NCBI GenBank assembly: GCA_963785305.1 | Contig: CAWAUV010000005.1 | Span: 32,001-96,000 of the forward strand | DNA length: 64,000 nt | Direction: 5' to 3' | From: an uncultured Planctomycetaceae bacterium | GTDB lineage: Bacteria > Planctomycetota > Planctomycetia > Pirellulales > PALSA-1355 | Shown: positions 19,661 to 32,300 of the stretch, in pieces | Position numbering within the stretch: the first letter of the stretch is position 1 | Layout: every line of letters begins with the position of its first letter | Made by a program: the position numbers and the translations under genes | Notes under the pieces: model-generated | Told to the model about the DNA's origin: nothing | What the model saw: only the letters and a program-made list of their open reading frames with translations | The model's database searches: none

Positions 19661-21028
19661 TCAGACTTCGGCCAGTCGCTCGGTCGAGTCGCCAAAGGCG
19701 TCGACATGCACATCCATCTTATCCATCATGGCCATGAAAAGGCCGCACATCTTGCGATTGGGCTTGCCGGTGTAATCGAGCACCCGGCCGGTTTCGATCT
19801 TGCCGCCGCCGCGTCCGACAAGCACCACCGGCAACTGGCTGCAATCATGGTTGCTGCCGTGGAGCATGCTCGAACAGAAGAGGAGCATCGTGTTGTCGAG
19901 CGCCGTGCGGTCGCCCTCTTGAATCTGGTCGAGCTTGCCGGCGATATAGGCTACCTGCTGGGTGAAGAATTGGTTGACCTTCAGCCAATCGGCATTGTCG
20001 GTGTGCGATAGCAAGTGATGAATCATGTAGTCGACGCCGAGATTCGGAAACCGCAGCGCCGAGTGATCGTTGTTCAGCTTGAGCGTGGCCACGCGAGTCG
20101 TGTCGGTTTGCAGCGCGAGCACGAGGATATCGGCCATGAGCCGCATGTGTTCGTCGACATCGTGCGGAATGCCATCGGCCGGGCGCGCGATATTCGGCTT
20201 GTCGAGCGTCGGCCGCCAGCCTTGTAGCTTTCCACTCGCCGAGGCTTGCTTGAGCCGCTGTTCGATCTCGCGAACGCTGGTGAGATATTCGTCGAGCTTT
20301 CGGCGATCCGAATAGCCGATGCGACCGCCCAGGCCGCGGGCATCTTCGAGCACCAGATCGAGCACGCTCGCGTCGCCCTTGCCCGCTTCGTCGCGAAATA
20401 GCCGATCGAACGCCATCGCCGGATAGAGCTCGAGCGGCGTTGGCGTGGTGGGGCTGCTCCAGGAAATATGCGAACTGTAGACCATCGAGTAGCCCTTGTG
20501 CAGCGACGAGAGCGAAGGCTCGCAGCCAAGCACTAGGCTGGAAACCTTGGTCTGGCCGCTTTGATGCTGGGCGACGTGCTGGTCGACGCTCACTCCCGAG
20601 CGAATGCCGCCGGCGCCTTCGAGCGGGGCTCCGGTAAGCAGGTTGCCGGTCATGGCGCTATGAATGCCGCCCTTGCCGGCCTCTTGATTGTAGAGCCCGC
20701 GGATGAAGAGCATTTTGTGCTTGAGGCTCTCGAGCGGCGCGAGCACCTGGCCGAGCTCCAGGGCGGCGCCTTGGCCGCGGGCCCACCAGTGATCGCGATG
20801 AAAACCATTGCCGGCGAAGAGCACCGCCATGCGCACCGGCGCTTGACTGGCCGAGCCCTGGGCCGGCTCGTCGCCCCAGACCGCGGCGCTCTCCATCCAC
20901 GGCAGAGCCATCGACACGCCCAGGCCGCGGAGCAAAGTGCGCCGTGAAAACACATATTTCGACCGCGAATCCACCGACGATGCGCGACGCGAGTTCGGCC
21001 GGTTCGGATTGGAGCGGGGCGAAGCCAT
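19661..21028 (-). CDS. DUF1552 domain protein (Tat-like signal)
   Basis: SRRTLLRGLGVSMALPWMES, SVDQ, YSSHISWSSPTTP, DRRKLDEYLTSVREIE, DTTRVATL, IHHLLSH. Confidence 0.85.
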   Translation of the reverse strand: MASPRSNPNRPNSRRASSVDSRSKYVFSRRTLLRGLGVSMALPWMESAAVWGDEPAQGSASQAPVRMAVLFAGNGFHRDHWWARGQGAALELGQVLAPLESLKHKMLFIRGLYNQEAGKGGIHSAMTGNLLTGAPLEGAGGIRSGVSVDQHVAQHQSGQTKVSSLVLGCEPSLSSLHKGYSMVYSSHISWSSPTTPTPLELYPAMAFDRLFRDEAGKGDASVLDLVLEDARGLGGRIGYSDRRKLDEYLTSVREIEQRLKQASASGKLQGWRPTLDKPNIARPADGIPHDVDEHMRLMADILVLALQTDTTRVATLKLNNDHSALRFPNLGVDYMIHHLLSHTDNADWLKVNQFFTQQVAYIAGKLDQIQEGDRTALDNTMLLFCSSMLHGSNHDCSQLPVVLVGRGGGKIETGRVLDYTGKPNRKMCGLFMAMMDKMDVHVDAFGDSTERLAEV

Positions 21029-21143
21029 CGTGCGTGTTCCTCTCGCGTTAGTCCCGTGGGATCGAGCCGGACATTAACAGCCGCGAGCCGGGAAAACATT
21101 TTCCGTTCGGTTCCACGAAAACAACAATACTCACCGCGGGCGA

Positions 21144-24100
21144 TTATTCGGTTTTGGTCGCTTCGAGACCACGATGACGCAAAAATTGCGGACTCGTGAC
21201 GATCGTTTTCAGGGCGGCCGAGATGCGGTAGTCGTCGGCCGCAAGCTCGGACATCATTTTATCCAAAAGCGGCTGATCCGATACCGTTACCGACCGGCCG
21301 AGCGCATAGCCGAGCAACTTTCGGCAGAAATGTTCGAGAAACTGGGACTTTCGTCGGGCAAGCAGGTAGTCGCGCAGGCCGTCGAGACCATCGAACGTCG
21401 CGCCATTGGCCAGGGTCACGGCCGTGTCGATCGGCCGGCCGGTGGCGTCTTGCTCGCGCCGGCGGCCGATCGGGTCGTATTTCTCGAGCGCGAACCCATA
21501 GGGATCGAACCGTTGGTGGCAGGCGGCGCACTCGGCCAAGCTCGCATGGCGCTCCGTCATTTGCCGTACGCTGAGCGAATCGGCGCTTTCAATCTCGGGC
21601 AGTCGCGGCACATTGGTCGGCGGCTTGGGAATGCGTTCGCCGAGCAATGTTTCGACCACCCAGTTGCCGCGCAGCACCGGGCTATTGCGCGAGGCGCCCG
21701 ACTGCTGCGCGAGCACTCCGCCCAGCGTGAGCACTCCGCCTCGCCCCCAGCGACGCACTTGCTCGACCCGGCGCCACTCGGGTCCGCGCACATCGGGAAT
21801 GCCGTAGTGCTGGGCGAGCCGTTCGTCGAGAAAGGTGTAGTCGGCGTCGAGAATTCCCAGCGTCGAGCGGTCGGCTTGCACGAGGTCTTGAAAGAACCGC
21901 ACCGCTTCTTCGAGCATCGCGGCCCGAAGTTCGTCGTCGAAGGTGGGGAAGAGCTTCTCGTTTTTCTCATGATTGTCGCGCACTCCGCGCACATGCAGCC
22001 ACTGGGCGCCAAACTCGCTGGCGAAGCCGCGCATCCGATCGTCGCGAAGCATTCGCTCGAGTTGTTCGAGGAGCGTCGCCTCATTGAGCAGGCCGCCGCT
22101 CGCGGCGGCGGCGCGAAGCGGCTCGTCGGGCTCGCTCGCCCACAAGAAATAACTCAGTCGCGTGGCGAGTTCCCACGCGGAAACCGGCCGCGAGTCCGCG
22201 CCCGGCGCCGCTTGCTCGATGCGATAAAGAAACGCCGGGCTCACCAGAATTTCCGCGACGAGAAGCTGCATCGCGTCTTCGTGCGAAAGATTCTTGCCAC
22301 GCAGCTTGCCATACAGCGTTTCGAAGCGAGCCGCTTCGGCGGGCTCGAGCGGACGGCGGATCGCGCGGCTGGCGAACTCGGCGATCGCGCGGATTTGCGC
22401 CGGTGCGCGGGTTACCTGTTCGGCGGCAAACTCCTCGGCCCGGCGGCGAATTGGCTCGCGCGTGCGGCTCTCGACTTCCTTGATCGTCGCGGGCGAAGCT
22501 TCTTGCGTGACGAAGCCGTAAAACGAATCGTAGTTGGCGTGCTCGACCAGCGGCCACTGGCTAATCCAACGCAATTCGCTCCATAGTCGATCGAGCTCCG
22601 CCATTTGGCTCGGACTGGCCGCGAGCCGAGCGAGCGCCTCGTCCTCGCGAAAGAATAGTCGCAGGCAGATCACCTCGTCATCAGGCACGATCCGCGGGTG
22701 ATGCAAATACTTGGGAAACAACTCGCGAAACGACTGGAGCCCCCGGCGGCGCGAATCGGCGTCGAGCCCGAGCAGCGCGCGGCTGGCAACGAGCGGCCGC
22801 CCGGCGTCGGGAAGATTTTGATTGGGTCGCTCGGCGGTGGCCGTGAACTGCACAACCGCTTGACCCTCGAATGGGTTTTGCAGTTCACCCGTCGACACGA
22901 ACTGCCGCCCTTGAAACAGCACCGCGGGCAAGCGAATCTCGAGGGTCGAAGTCGCCTCGCACGGTAAATTCGCCTCGAACCGCTCCGCGTCGAGCCCCAG
23001 AGGCGGCGCGCTCGGCGCGGTATCGCCGGGCGCCTCGGAATTTCGCGGCGCTGTCCAGCGGGCGAGGTCGATACCGACAAACAGCGGGCTGTCGAGCGAA
23101 ACAAGCAGATCGTACAGCTTGCGGTCGGGGCCATCGGTTTTTGGGCGATCGCCGGCGAGCAATGTCCGCGTTTCCGCAGCGAGAGTGCCGAGTTCGCTCG
23201 CGCGATTGCGATCGAGCGCCGCGGCTCGCCAGCGCGCGAGCGGCGAATCGGTCGGAATTCGCCGAGCCACTTCGGCGGGTGACGACTGCCCGCTGGTCGG
23301 CGATGGCTCGCCCGCGGCCGGCAGCGCCAAGTAGTCTACCCAGCGGGTAAGCAATCGCGGCTCGAGGCCCATCGCTTCCGCGGTCTTGGCGATCGCCGCC
23401 TCGCGTTCAGACGCAAGAACCTCCGCGAGCGACGCCGCGGCTTCCAGATACTTGGCCGTCTCGCGGAAATGCGAGCGGTAATTCCATTCGTATTTGCCCG
23501 CAAGTACGCGCGACATCGGCCAAGCGCACCGCCGGATGGGGTCCGCCCTCGAAACGCGGCGCTCGCCAAACGGCCGCGCGATCGTTCGTCGCCGCCACGC
23601 CACGCGTGGCAAGATAGAGGGTCACTTCGGTCTGGCCCGGAACGATCGTCGGCGTCCATTGCACCTGCCGCGTCGCGAGGAGCGATGGTTCACGGTCGGC
23701 TTGCCAAACGAGCGATTGATAGCTGCCGATCTTGGGAAACGTGAACACCAGCGACTGCCAAAAATGAACTTCGGCCGCGAGCGAATCGGCGTCCTCGGGC
23801 CGCGCTCGCCGCCAATGGTCGCGAAGCGCCTCGAGCGGCGGACCGCCGTGAGCGGCATCGGCCGAGTCGAGCATTTGCCAAAGGATCGTGAAATACTTGG
23901 CGTTCAGCTTCTCGCGAGCGGCGACTTCCTCGGGAGAGGTCTTACCCGCGCGGAGCGCCTCGCGCTGGGCGAGCGAAGCGCAGGTAACGGGCGATCTCCG
24001 GCTTGCCGCCATCCGTGCCTTGGTCGGCTTCGGCGTAAGCGGCCTTGAGCCGCGCGATGGCTTCGTCGGTCCAGTCACGCCGAGTCTTCGCGCGTGAAAA

Positions 24101-24692
24101 GCGAAAGCCTTCGGGAGTGAGCACCAAGTGCGCGGCAATTTCCTTGGCCGCCGCCAGATATTTGACGAGCAGCACCGAGTTCATCACGAGCCCATCGCCG
24201 GCATTGGTGAAGCCTTCGCCCGCGGCGCCATCGGCCGGAAACTCTCTCGTGGGCGTGAAGTCGATTCCGGTGAGATCGCGGATCGTGTTGTTGTACTCGG
24301 CGTGGCTCAGCCGTCGGAGCACGACCCGGCCAGGATCGCCGGAATGCGCGAGAATTTGGGCATGCAAGAGGGCGCGGGTCCAAGCAAGCATCGCCTCGCG
24401 CTCGGCGTCGGTGGGCTGGGGCGTCGTGTCTTTGGGAGGCATCTCGCGAGCTTCGAGGAGCTCGACGATATTGCACAGATTTGCAAATCGGCGCCCAAGT
24501 CCGCGCAGCGCGAAAGCGCTCGAGATCGAGATCGCCTTTCTTCTTCGCGGTCGAATGGCAGTCGAGGCAATATTTCGCGAACGCGGGCGGCCAAGCCTGC
24601 TCGGCCGCGGGCTCGCCAGCGGCAAGGATCACGGCGCCGAAGAAACTCGAAACCGCGAGGAGAACGGCGAATTTGCAAATGGTCTTCGCCAT
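21144..24692 (-). CDS. Planctomycete c-type cytochrome / DUF1587-1595-1592-1588-1585 (PSD) protein (frameshifted)
   Basis: Signal peptide, CLDCH, LRRLSHAEYNNTIRDLTG, ELATRLSYFLWASEPD, SPVLRGNWV, CAACH, DPYGFALEKYDPIGR; typical partner of DUF1552. Confidence 0.85.
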
Positions 24693-24801
24693 GCGCTTGA
24701 GTTCCGAACAAGACGAGACGGCGGGAACGACGTAACCCGGACCGGGGCCAAAAGGCGGGCGATCTTTAGTCTATCCAGCCGCGCGAGCATTCGCCAGTTT
24801 T

Positions 24802-25323
24802 TCATTTCTTGCCCGTGGCTCGCTGCTGCTGGAAGAAGCGGGTCAAGATGCGGCCGCAGTCCTCGGCGAGCACACCGCCCACGCAGGCGGCTCGGTGGTT
24901 CAGCCGCGCGTCGCCGAGCAGGCGAAACAAAGTTTGCACCGCGCCGGCCTTGGGGTCCGAAGCCCCGTAGACGACCGTGGGAATGCGGGCCTGCAAAATC
25001 GCGCCGGCGCACATGGGGCAGGGTTCGAGCGTGACATAGAGCACGCATCCTTCGAGCCGCCAATCGCCAAGCGATTCGGCGGCCTGCGTGATGGCGATCA
25101 TTTCGGCATGGGCCGTGGGATCGCGCAGTTGCTCGCGCTGGTTGTGAGCCGACGCGACCACGCGACCCGCGCGAACGATCACCGCCCCGATCGGCGCCTC
25201 TTCCTCGGCAAAGGCCGCTTCGGCCTCGGCGAGCGCCATGCGCATAAAGGCTTCGTGCGAAAGCGAAGCGCCGGCTTCAAGCGGCGAATCATCGAAGGAT
25301 TCAGGATCGGCGTCGGAAATCAT
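24802..25323 (-). CDS. tadA: tRNA adenosine(34) deaminase
   Basis: [46 protein letters not shown]. Confidence 0.92.
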   Translation of the reverse strand: MISDADPESFDDSPLEAGASLSHEAFMRMALAEAEAAFAEEEAPIGAVIVRAGRVVASAHNQREQLRDPTAHAEMIAITQAAESLGDWRLEGCVLYVTLEPCPMCAGAILQARIPTVVYGASDPKAGAVQTLFRLLGDARLNHRAACVGGVLAEDCGRILTRFFQQQRATGKK

Positions 25324-25374
25324 GGAAACCCACCGCGGCGGTCGTTTTCAATCGGATTCGAACCATGGGCAATG

Positions 25375-26794
25375 TTAAAAGTCGGCGCTGCCCGGAGTGC
25401 GGGGAAACGGAATCACATCGCGAATGTTGCCCATGCCGGTCACGAACAGCATCGCCCGCTCGAGCCCCAGGCCGAAGCCCGAGTGTGGCACGGTGCCATA
25501 ACGGCGGAGGTCGGCGTACCACCAATAGGCCTCCGGCTCCAAGTGCTGCTCGCGCATGCGGTCTTCGAGCACTTCGAGCCGTTCTTCGCGCTGACTGCCG
25601 CCGATGATTTCGCCCACGCGAGGCATGAGAATATCCATCGCCCGCACCGTGCGGCCATCGTCGTTGACTCGCATATAAAACGGTTTGATCGAGCGGGGAT
25701 AGTCGAACAGGATCACCGGTCGGCCGAATTCTTGCTCGGTGAGATACCGCTCGTGTTCGGCTTGCAAGTCGCAACCCCAGGAGACCGGAAAATCAAACGT
25801 GGTCCTGGCCTTGAGCAGCAGTCTCGATCGCGTCGGTATACGGGAGCCTCGCGAACTCGCTGGCCACGATGCATTCGAGCGTCGCGAGCACGGTTTTATC
25901 AACGTGTTCGTTGAACAACTCAAGGTCGGCGTGGCAACGTTCGAGCACATCGCCGAAGATACGTTTCAAAAATGCCTCGGCCAGCTCCATGTTGTCGGCG
26001 AGCTCGAAAAACGCCATCTCCGGCTCGACCATCCAAAACTCGGCCAAGTGGCGCGACGTGTTCGAATTCTCGGCGCGAAAAGTCGGGCCGAAGGTGTAGA
26101 CCTTGCCCAGGGCGGTGGCGAAGATTTCGCCTTCGAGCTGTCCGCTCACGGTGAGATACGCCGGCTTGCCGAAAAAATCCCTCGACCAATCGATTTGGCC
26201 ACCGATCGGGTTTCCGCTGGGGCTCGCCACCCTGGGCGGCTGGGCGGGATCGAGCGTCGTCACACTGAAACATCGCCCCGGCGCCTTCGCAATCGCTCGC
26301 CGTGATGATCGGCGAATGAATATAGAGAAACTCGTGCTTCCTGAAAAAAATCGTGGATCGAGCGGCTGAGGCAATTTCGCACGCGAGCGATCGCGCCGAA
26401 ACGTGTTCGTGCGCGGCCGCAAGTGCCCAATGGTCCGGAGATATTCGAACGAATGCCGCTTCTTTTGCAGCGGATACGTTTCCGGATCGGCCCAGCCATG
26501 CACCGCCACGCTCGCCGCGTGTAGTTCCGTGGCTTGCGCTTTGCCGGGCGAGGTCTTGAGCTCGCCCTCGACCGTCACGCTGCAACCGGCGACGAGCCGC
26601 TTGATCTCGCTCTCGTAGTTCGGCAGATTCGCATCGGCCACGATCTGCATGTTGGCCAGCGACGAACCATCGTTGAGCTCCAAAAAGCTGAATCCGCCCT
26701 TGGAATCGCGGCGCGTGCGAATCCATCCCTGGAGCCGCGCCGCTTGGCCCGCGCTCTCGGGCTTGCGGGCCTGGGCGACCGATAATTTTTGCAT
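25375..26794 (-). CDS. asnS: Asparagine--tRNA ligase (frameshifted)
   Basis: [100 protein letters not shown]. Confidence 0.95.
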
Positions 26795-26817
26795 GGCGGA
26801 TCCTTCCGTCTCGTGGA

Positions 26818-27873
26818 TTAGTGAATTCCCTCGGCCGCGAGCCAGCGCTCGCAATCGAGCGCCGCTTGGCAGCCGGAGCCGGCGGCGGTGACCGCTTGGC
26901 GATAATAGTCGTCGGCCACGTCGCCAGCGGCAAACACGCCGATCACGCTCGTGTTGGTGCGAAACGGCACGGTCCAGCGAATGTATTTCTTCGAAGTGAG
27001 CTCGAGCTGATTTTCGAGAAACGCGGTGTTGGGCGTGTGGCCAATCGCGAGGAACACTCCCGAGGATTCGAGTTCGCGCGTCGCGCCCGAATCGAGCGTC
27101 GAGCCGATTCGCGCTCCGGTCACGCCGCGCTTTCTCGTCGCCGAGCACTTCATCGAGCGAGGAGTTCCAGAGGATTTCGATTTTTTCGTTGCCGCGGGCG
27201 CGTTCGGCCATGACCTTCGACGCGCGGAGCGCGTCGCGGCGATGGACCATGTAGACCCGGCTGGCGAACTTCGAGAGATAGGTCGCTTCCTCGACCGCGG
27301 AGTCGCCGCCGCCCACCACGACCAGCGGCTTGTCGCGAAAGCGAGGCAATGCTCCATCGCACACCGCGCAGCGCTCACGCCATGGTTCTTGTATTTGTCT
27401 TCGCTGGGCAGACCCAAGTAATTGGCCCGTGCGCCGGTGGCCACGATCACGCTCTGGGCTTCGATTGGCTTGCCTTCGCTGGGCGAGAGCCGAAAGGGCC
27501 GGCGGCTGAAATCGACCTTGGCGATGTCGTCGGTGATGATGCGCGTGCCGAAGTTCTTGGCTTGTTGGCGCATCAGCTCCATGAGCTCCGGGCCGCTGAC
27601 GCCGTGGCCTTCGTGCGGCGCCATCGTGCCGCGCGCCTCGGCGCCGATCGCGTGGTCGAGATACGCGCCGAGGTTGCCCGCCGGAAAGCCAGGATAGTTT
27701 TCCACTTCGGTGGTCAGGTTCAGTTGGCCAAGCGGCAGCGTGCCAGCGAGTCGATTCGGCTCGGTGATGGCGCCTTCGTAGACCAGCGGCCGCAGTTCGG
27801 CGCGGGCCGCGTAGATGGCGGCCGTCCAAGCGGCCGGTCCGCTGCCGATGATGACCAGTTTCTCGTCGGCCAA
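26818..27873 (-). CDS. trxB: Thioredoxin reductase (frameshifted)
   Basis: [75 protein letters not shown]. Confidence 0.93.
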   Translation of the reverse strand: MADEKLVIIGSGPAAWTAAIYAARAELRPLVYEGAITEPNRLAGTLPLGQLNLTTEVENYPGFPAGNLGAYLDHAIGAEARGTMAPHEGHGVSGPELMELMRQQAKNFGTRIITDDIAKVDFSRRPFRLSPSEGKPIEAQSVIVATGARANYLGLPSEDKYKNHGVSAARCAMEHCLAFATSRWSWWAAATPRSRKRPISRSSPAGSTWSIAATRSARRRSWPNAPAATKKSKSSGTPRSMKCSATRKRGVTGARIGSTLDSGATRELESSGVFLAIGHTPNTAFLENQLELTSKKYIRWTVPFRTNTSVIGVFAAGDVADDYYRQAVTAAGSGCQAALDCERWLAAEGIH

Positions 27874-27972
27874 AGCTCGATCCTTTCGCGTGGGTTGCCG
27901 GTAAAGCCAGCATTATAGGCGGCGAAACGGCGAGCGTCCATTGGCGGCCGCCATCCGGATCGCCGACGAAAT

Positions 27973-28747
27973 TCAACCATAACGCCCCAGCACGCGGTCG
28001 ACCAACCGCGGGGCGAGCTTGTTGGCCCAGTGCAGGCACTTGGCCGGCAGGCCGAGAATCGCTTCATGTCTTCCGCGGCGCATGGCCGCCACGATCTTTT
28101 TCGCCACTGCTTGCGAACTGGCCCCGCGCGGTTGGCGCCAAGGATATTTGCCAGGGCTGAGGGCGTGTTGGAAAAACTCGGTGTCGGTCGTGCCGGGATG
28201 CACGTTGAGCACCTCGATACCGCGCTCGGTCAACTCGGCCCGCAACGATTCCGCCCATCCGCGGAGGGCAAATTTGCTCGCGCAGTATTCGCTGGCATGG
28301 GGAATTCCCCGATGCGCGAGAATCGAGCCGACATTCACCACGATCGGCAGCCGGCCACGCTCGAGCTCGGGCAGCGACTGGCGAACCAGTTCGACCGGGG
28401 CAAAGAAGTTGACTTCCATGATCCGCCGCAGTCGCTCGGGCTCGGCGTCGGCAAAACGGCCCAAAGCGCCGACGCCGGCATTGTTCGCGATAAAGTCGAG
28501 CCCGCCCCAGCGCGCGACAGTTCGGGCGATGGCCGCCGATCGGATCGCCGGGTCGCAAATATCCCCGACCACGAAATCCGCGTTGGCTCCAAGCGCGGCG
28601 ACCACGCTCGCCAGTTGCTCCTCGCGCCGCGCCACCAGCAGCACGCACGCGCCGGCGGCATGTAATTCGCCAGCGAGCGCGCGCGCCGATGCCGCCCGAT
28701 GCGCCGGTCACGATGCCTCGCAGACCGTGAATCTCGCGACGGGCCAT
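27973..28747 (-). CDS. SDR family NAD(P)-dependent oxidoreductase (frameshift near 28680)
   Basis: [39 protein letters not shown]. Confidence 0.88.
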
Positions 28748-28751
28748 CGTT

Positions 28752-30200
28752 TCAGCGCCGATCCGTGTCGGAAGCTCGCGGCGAAGGCATCTCCGAGAGG
28801 TCCTCCGTGGAACGTTTCGCTCCCAACACGCTATCCGCGCCGAGTTCGCCGAGTGGAAGCACGCCTTGCGCGGCGCCGTGGGTCGCGGAGTTCGGCTCGG
28901 CGTCGATCGCGTGGGGGCGAATGGTGGCGCCGGCGCCGTGCAAATGCGCCAGCGCCCGGCGGGGCACTCGGCAATGCACCACCACGCGGTTGTCATCGCC
29001 ATAGCGTTTCGAGAGCACTTCGCCATGCGCGGCCAAGGCGGCGAGCAAGCGGCCATTGTCGACGCCGGTCTCGACATCGATATCGAGAAAATCATGGCTG
29101 AGCGCCTGGCTCACCGCGGCGGCGAGCGTGTCGAGTCCTTGGCCGCCGCGGGCGCTCACGGATATCGCCCGCGGATAGCGGCTGAGAATCGTGAGCAGTT
29201 GGCCGCGCTCGGCGGCGTCGACTTTATTGAGCACCAATAGGGCGTCCTTGGCCTCGTTGCCTAGTTCCTCGAGCACCCGATACACGGACGAAATCTGGTC
29301 GAGCGCCGCCGGATTGCTGGCGTCGGCCACATGCAGCAGCAGATCGGCTTGGCGCGATTCTTCGAGCGTGGCCTTGAAGCTGGCGATCAAATGATGCGGC
29401 AAATCGCGGATGAATCCCACGGTGTCGCTCAGCAGCACGGGCCCCCAGCCGGGCAACTGCCAGCGGCGAGTTCGCGTGTCGAGCGTGGCGAAGAGCTTGT
29501 CTTCGGCCAGCACGTCGGCGCCGGTGAGCGTGTTGAGCAGCGTGCTCTTGCCGGCATTCGTGTAGCCAACGAGCGACACGGTCATGCGTTCGTTGCGCGA
29601 GGCGACTTGCCGCTCCTTGCGCGATTCGATGCTCTTGAGATCCGCCCGAAGTTCGCTGATCCGCTTCTCGACCAAGCGGCGGTCGACCTCGAGCTGCTTT
29701 TCGCCCGGCCCGCGCATTCCGACGCCCATCTTGATGCGCGAAAGATGGGTCCACATCCGTTTGAGCCGCGGCAAGGAATATTGAAGCTGGGCAAGCTCCA
29801 CGGCCAGCCGCGACTCGCTGGTGCGCGCCCGCGAGGCGAAGATATCGAGGATCAGCTCCGTGCGATCGAGCACCTTGACGCCCGTGGCTTGTTCGAGATT
29901 GCGTGTCTGGGCGGGGCTCAGGTCATTGTCGAACAGAATCACATCGGCTTCCTCGCCCTCGGCCATCGCCTTGAGCTCGCCGACTTTTCCGCTGCCGAGA
30001 TACGTGGTCACATCGGGTGTCTGGCGCCGCTGGGTCAATCGGCCCACGACCCGAGTCTGCGCGGTGTCCGCGAGTCCCTCGAGTTCGTCGAGCGGATTTT
30101 CCTCGCTTTGCCGTTCGGGCAGAAGCACGCCGACGAGAATCGCCGATTCGCTGGCGACGCCCTGGCCACGATGCATCTCGGTGCGACGGTGTTCGCTCAC
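28752..30200 (-). CDS. hflX: GTPase HflX
   Basis: GTG start with GGAG upstream; DRTELILDIFASRA, RGPGEKQLEVDRR, GYTNAGKST, LFATLDTRTR, DTVGF, NKVD. Confidence 0.93.
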   Translation of the reverse strand: MSEHRRTEMHRGQGVASESAILVGVLLPERQSEENPLDELEGLADTAQTRVVGRLTQRRQTPDVTTYLGSGKVGELKAMAEGEEADVILFDNDLSPAQTRNLEQATGVKVLDRTELILDIFASRARTSESRLAVELAQLQYSLPRLKRMWTHLSRIKMGVGMRGPGEKQLEVDRRLVEKRISELRADLKSIESRKERQVASRNERMTVSLVGYTNAGKSTLLNTLTGADVLAEDKLFATLDTRTRRWQLPGWGPVLLSDTVGFIRDLPHHLIASFKATLEESRQADLLLHVADASNPAALDQISSVYRVLEELGNEAKDALLVLNKVDAAERGQLLTILSRYPRAISVSARGGQGLDTLAAAVSQALSHDFLDIDVETGVDNGRLLAALAAHGEVLSKRYGDDNRVVVHCRVPRRALAHLHGAGATIRPHAIDAEPNSATHGAAQGVLPLGELGADSVLGAKRSTEDLSEMPSPRASDTDRR

Positions 30201-30282
30201 GATGGATCGGATTCTCCGGAGTAAAACGAATGGGCGACGCGCCCGCTCTCCCACCGACACGCTCGACCGACCCGAGGTTCGC

Positions 30283-31448
30283 TCATGCGACATCGCCCTC
30301 GAACAGGCGCAGTAGCTTTCGTAGCGGCGGGCGTCGAGCCGGCCATCGGCCACGGCGTCTTTCACGGCGCAATCGGCTTCGTGCGTGTGGGTGCAATCAG
30401 GATAACGGCATCGGTTAACGAACGGACGAACATCGCGAAAATAACCGGCCACCTCGGCCGGCACAATGTCCCAAAGCTGAAACTGTCGCACGCCCGGCGT
30501 GTCGACCACATAGCCGCCCGAGGCGAGCGGAATGAGTCGGGCCGTGGTCGTGGTGTGGCGGCCTTTTTGATTTTCGAGGCTCACGGCCGCCACTCGCAAA
30601 TGCAATGTCGGATCGACCGCGTTGAGCAGCGACGACTTGCCGACGCCGCTCTGCCCGGCCACGGCGCTGGCCTTGCCCGCGAGCCGCCGCCGGAGCCGAT
30701 CGATGCCCGCGCCGCTCGCGGCCGAGAGCAAGAGCACATCGTAGCCCATTTGGGCATACACACCCACGAGCGGCTGCAAATCGGCCGGACTCGCGAGATC
30801 GATTTTGTTGATGCAGATCAGTGGAACGAGCCCATTTTGATGCGCGCTGACGAGAAACCGATCGATCAGATTCGGCTTCAAATGCGGTTCGGCGGCGCTG
30901 CCGATGATCACGAGCTGGTCGACATGCGTAACGAGCACATGCTGTCGGCCGCGACTCGAGCGGCTGAGCACTCCGCGGCGCGGCTCGATCCGCTCGATCA
31001 TGCCTTCGCGCGGCCCCGAGGGGCGAAATCGCACCCGATCGCCCGCCGCGAGCACATGGCGTTGATCGGTCGACAGCGTGCGGAGCAGGCGGCGGGTGTG
31101 GCACTCGAAGACGGCGCCGTCGGGCGCTTCGACCCGGCTCGTGAGACCATGCACGCTCAGCACGCGGCCGGCCAGACATTCGGCGTCGGCGGCAAGCAGC
31201 ACTTGCGAGCTTTGTTCGTCGTGGCCATCGGCGAACACGGTGCGCTTGCGAGTGAGCGAGCCCTTGCCGCTGATGCGCTCGTCTTGCGGAGCGTCGTCGG
31301 CCGCGATATCGGCCGGGGCGGGCGATTCTTCCGCCGCGTCGGTATCGGTCCCGGGAGGGCGAAAGTGGCGAGTCCAATCGCCTTGCCGCGCCCGATCGCC
31401 GCGATTCTTGCGAAACTCGGCGCGAATCTTTTTTTTCCTTGGAGGCAT
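30283..31448 (-). CDS. rsgA: Ribosome small subunit-dependent GTPase A
   Basis: Circularly permuted GTPase NKID, GQSGVGKSSLLN, KGRHTTT, DTPGVR, Zn finger CRYPDCTHTHEADC. Restoring one base near 30310 gives ...RYESYCRLFEGDVA-stop at 30283. Confidence 0.92.
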
Positions 31449-31535
31449 TCCGTCGTTGCTCGGCGAGTGCTGGCCGAGGCCCTTTCCCGGGGAACTTCAC
31501 GGGTCGAAGTCCCGCCGCGAATCCATGACGTGATT

Positions 31536-32015
31536 TCAGATCGGATCGACGCGCTTGCGAATTTGACCGGCCTGATTGTTGTTCAGATCGAACCGCTTCT
31601 GTTCGTCGTCTTTCGAGGGACGCGTGAAAAGTTTCTTACCAACCAGCCCGGCGCGCTCGAGCAGCGACTTCTTCATGATATCCTGCGGAATCGCTTCGTC
31701 GACCGGCGGCGGGCCCGTGGCCCCGCAATCCTCGGGCGAGTAGTTCACGGAATATTTATGCTTTGCGATCGCGAGTTCGTCGCCTGGGTCGAGCCGTTTT
31801 TCCGAAACACGGAAACCATTGACCTTGAGCCCATTGCGGCTGCCCATGTCCTTCACGTACCAGTAACCATCTTCCAGGCTCAGAGTGCAGTGGTGCGCCG
31901 AGATATTGGAAAACCGCAGCACGATGTCGCAGCTTTCTCTCCGCCCGACGAGGAGCGACTTCTTGAGCAACGGAATCTGATCGCCGCCGCCGATGGGAAC
32001 CAATTCGCCGAACAT
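31536..32015 (-). CDS. FHA domain protein
   Basis: VGRRESCDIVLRFSNISAHHC...VKDMGSRNG FHA signature. Confidence 0.9.
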   Translation of the reverse strand: MFGELVPIGGGDQIPLLKKSLLVGRRESCDIVLRFSNISAHHCTLSLEDGYWYVKDMGSRNGLKVNGFRVSEKRLDPGDELAIAKHKYSVNYSPEDCGATGPPPVDEAIPQDIMKKSLLERAGLVGKKLFTRPSKDDEQKRFDLNNNQAGQIRKRVDPI

Positions 32016-32300
32016 ATGCGTCTCTCTTGAGGCGTGAAAGCGCGAAGTTTAGATTGAAACGGGCGCCGCGAGACTTTATTTTACTTAGCAACAGTGCGAA
32101 TGGTCAAATCGGCCGCGGCTGGGAAAGCGGCCCCAGTATCGCGAAAACCCGCGGCGGTGTATGAATGACGAGTTCGTAATGCGCGGCGATTCCTCGCTGG
32201 TTGCCGCGGCGCCCGACTCCCTGATTCCGATTGCGGCTTTTACGAAATCCGCGGTTTACGCGATCCGCGACGATCCGCGTTGAAATCATCGATGCCCAGC

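Noticed and set aside
28752..31448. Apparent 898-aa RsgA-HflX fusion of two ribosome GTPases
   Set aside because: Adding one base near 30310 gives a natural RsgA end (YCRLFEGDVA-stop). hflX has its own GGAG plus GTG start, and the linker reads like non-coding DNA. Most likely an indel artefact.
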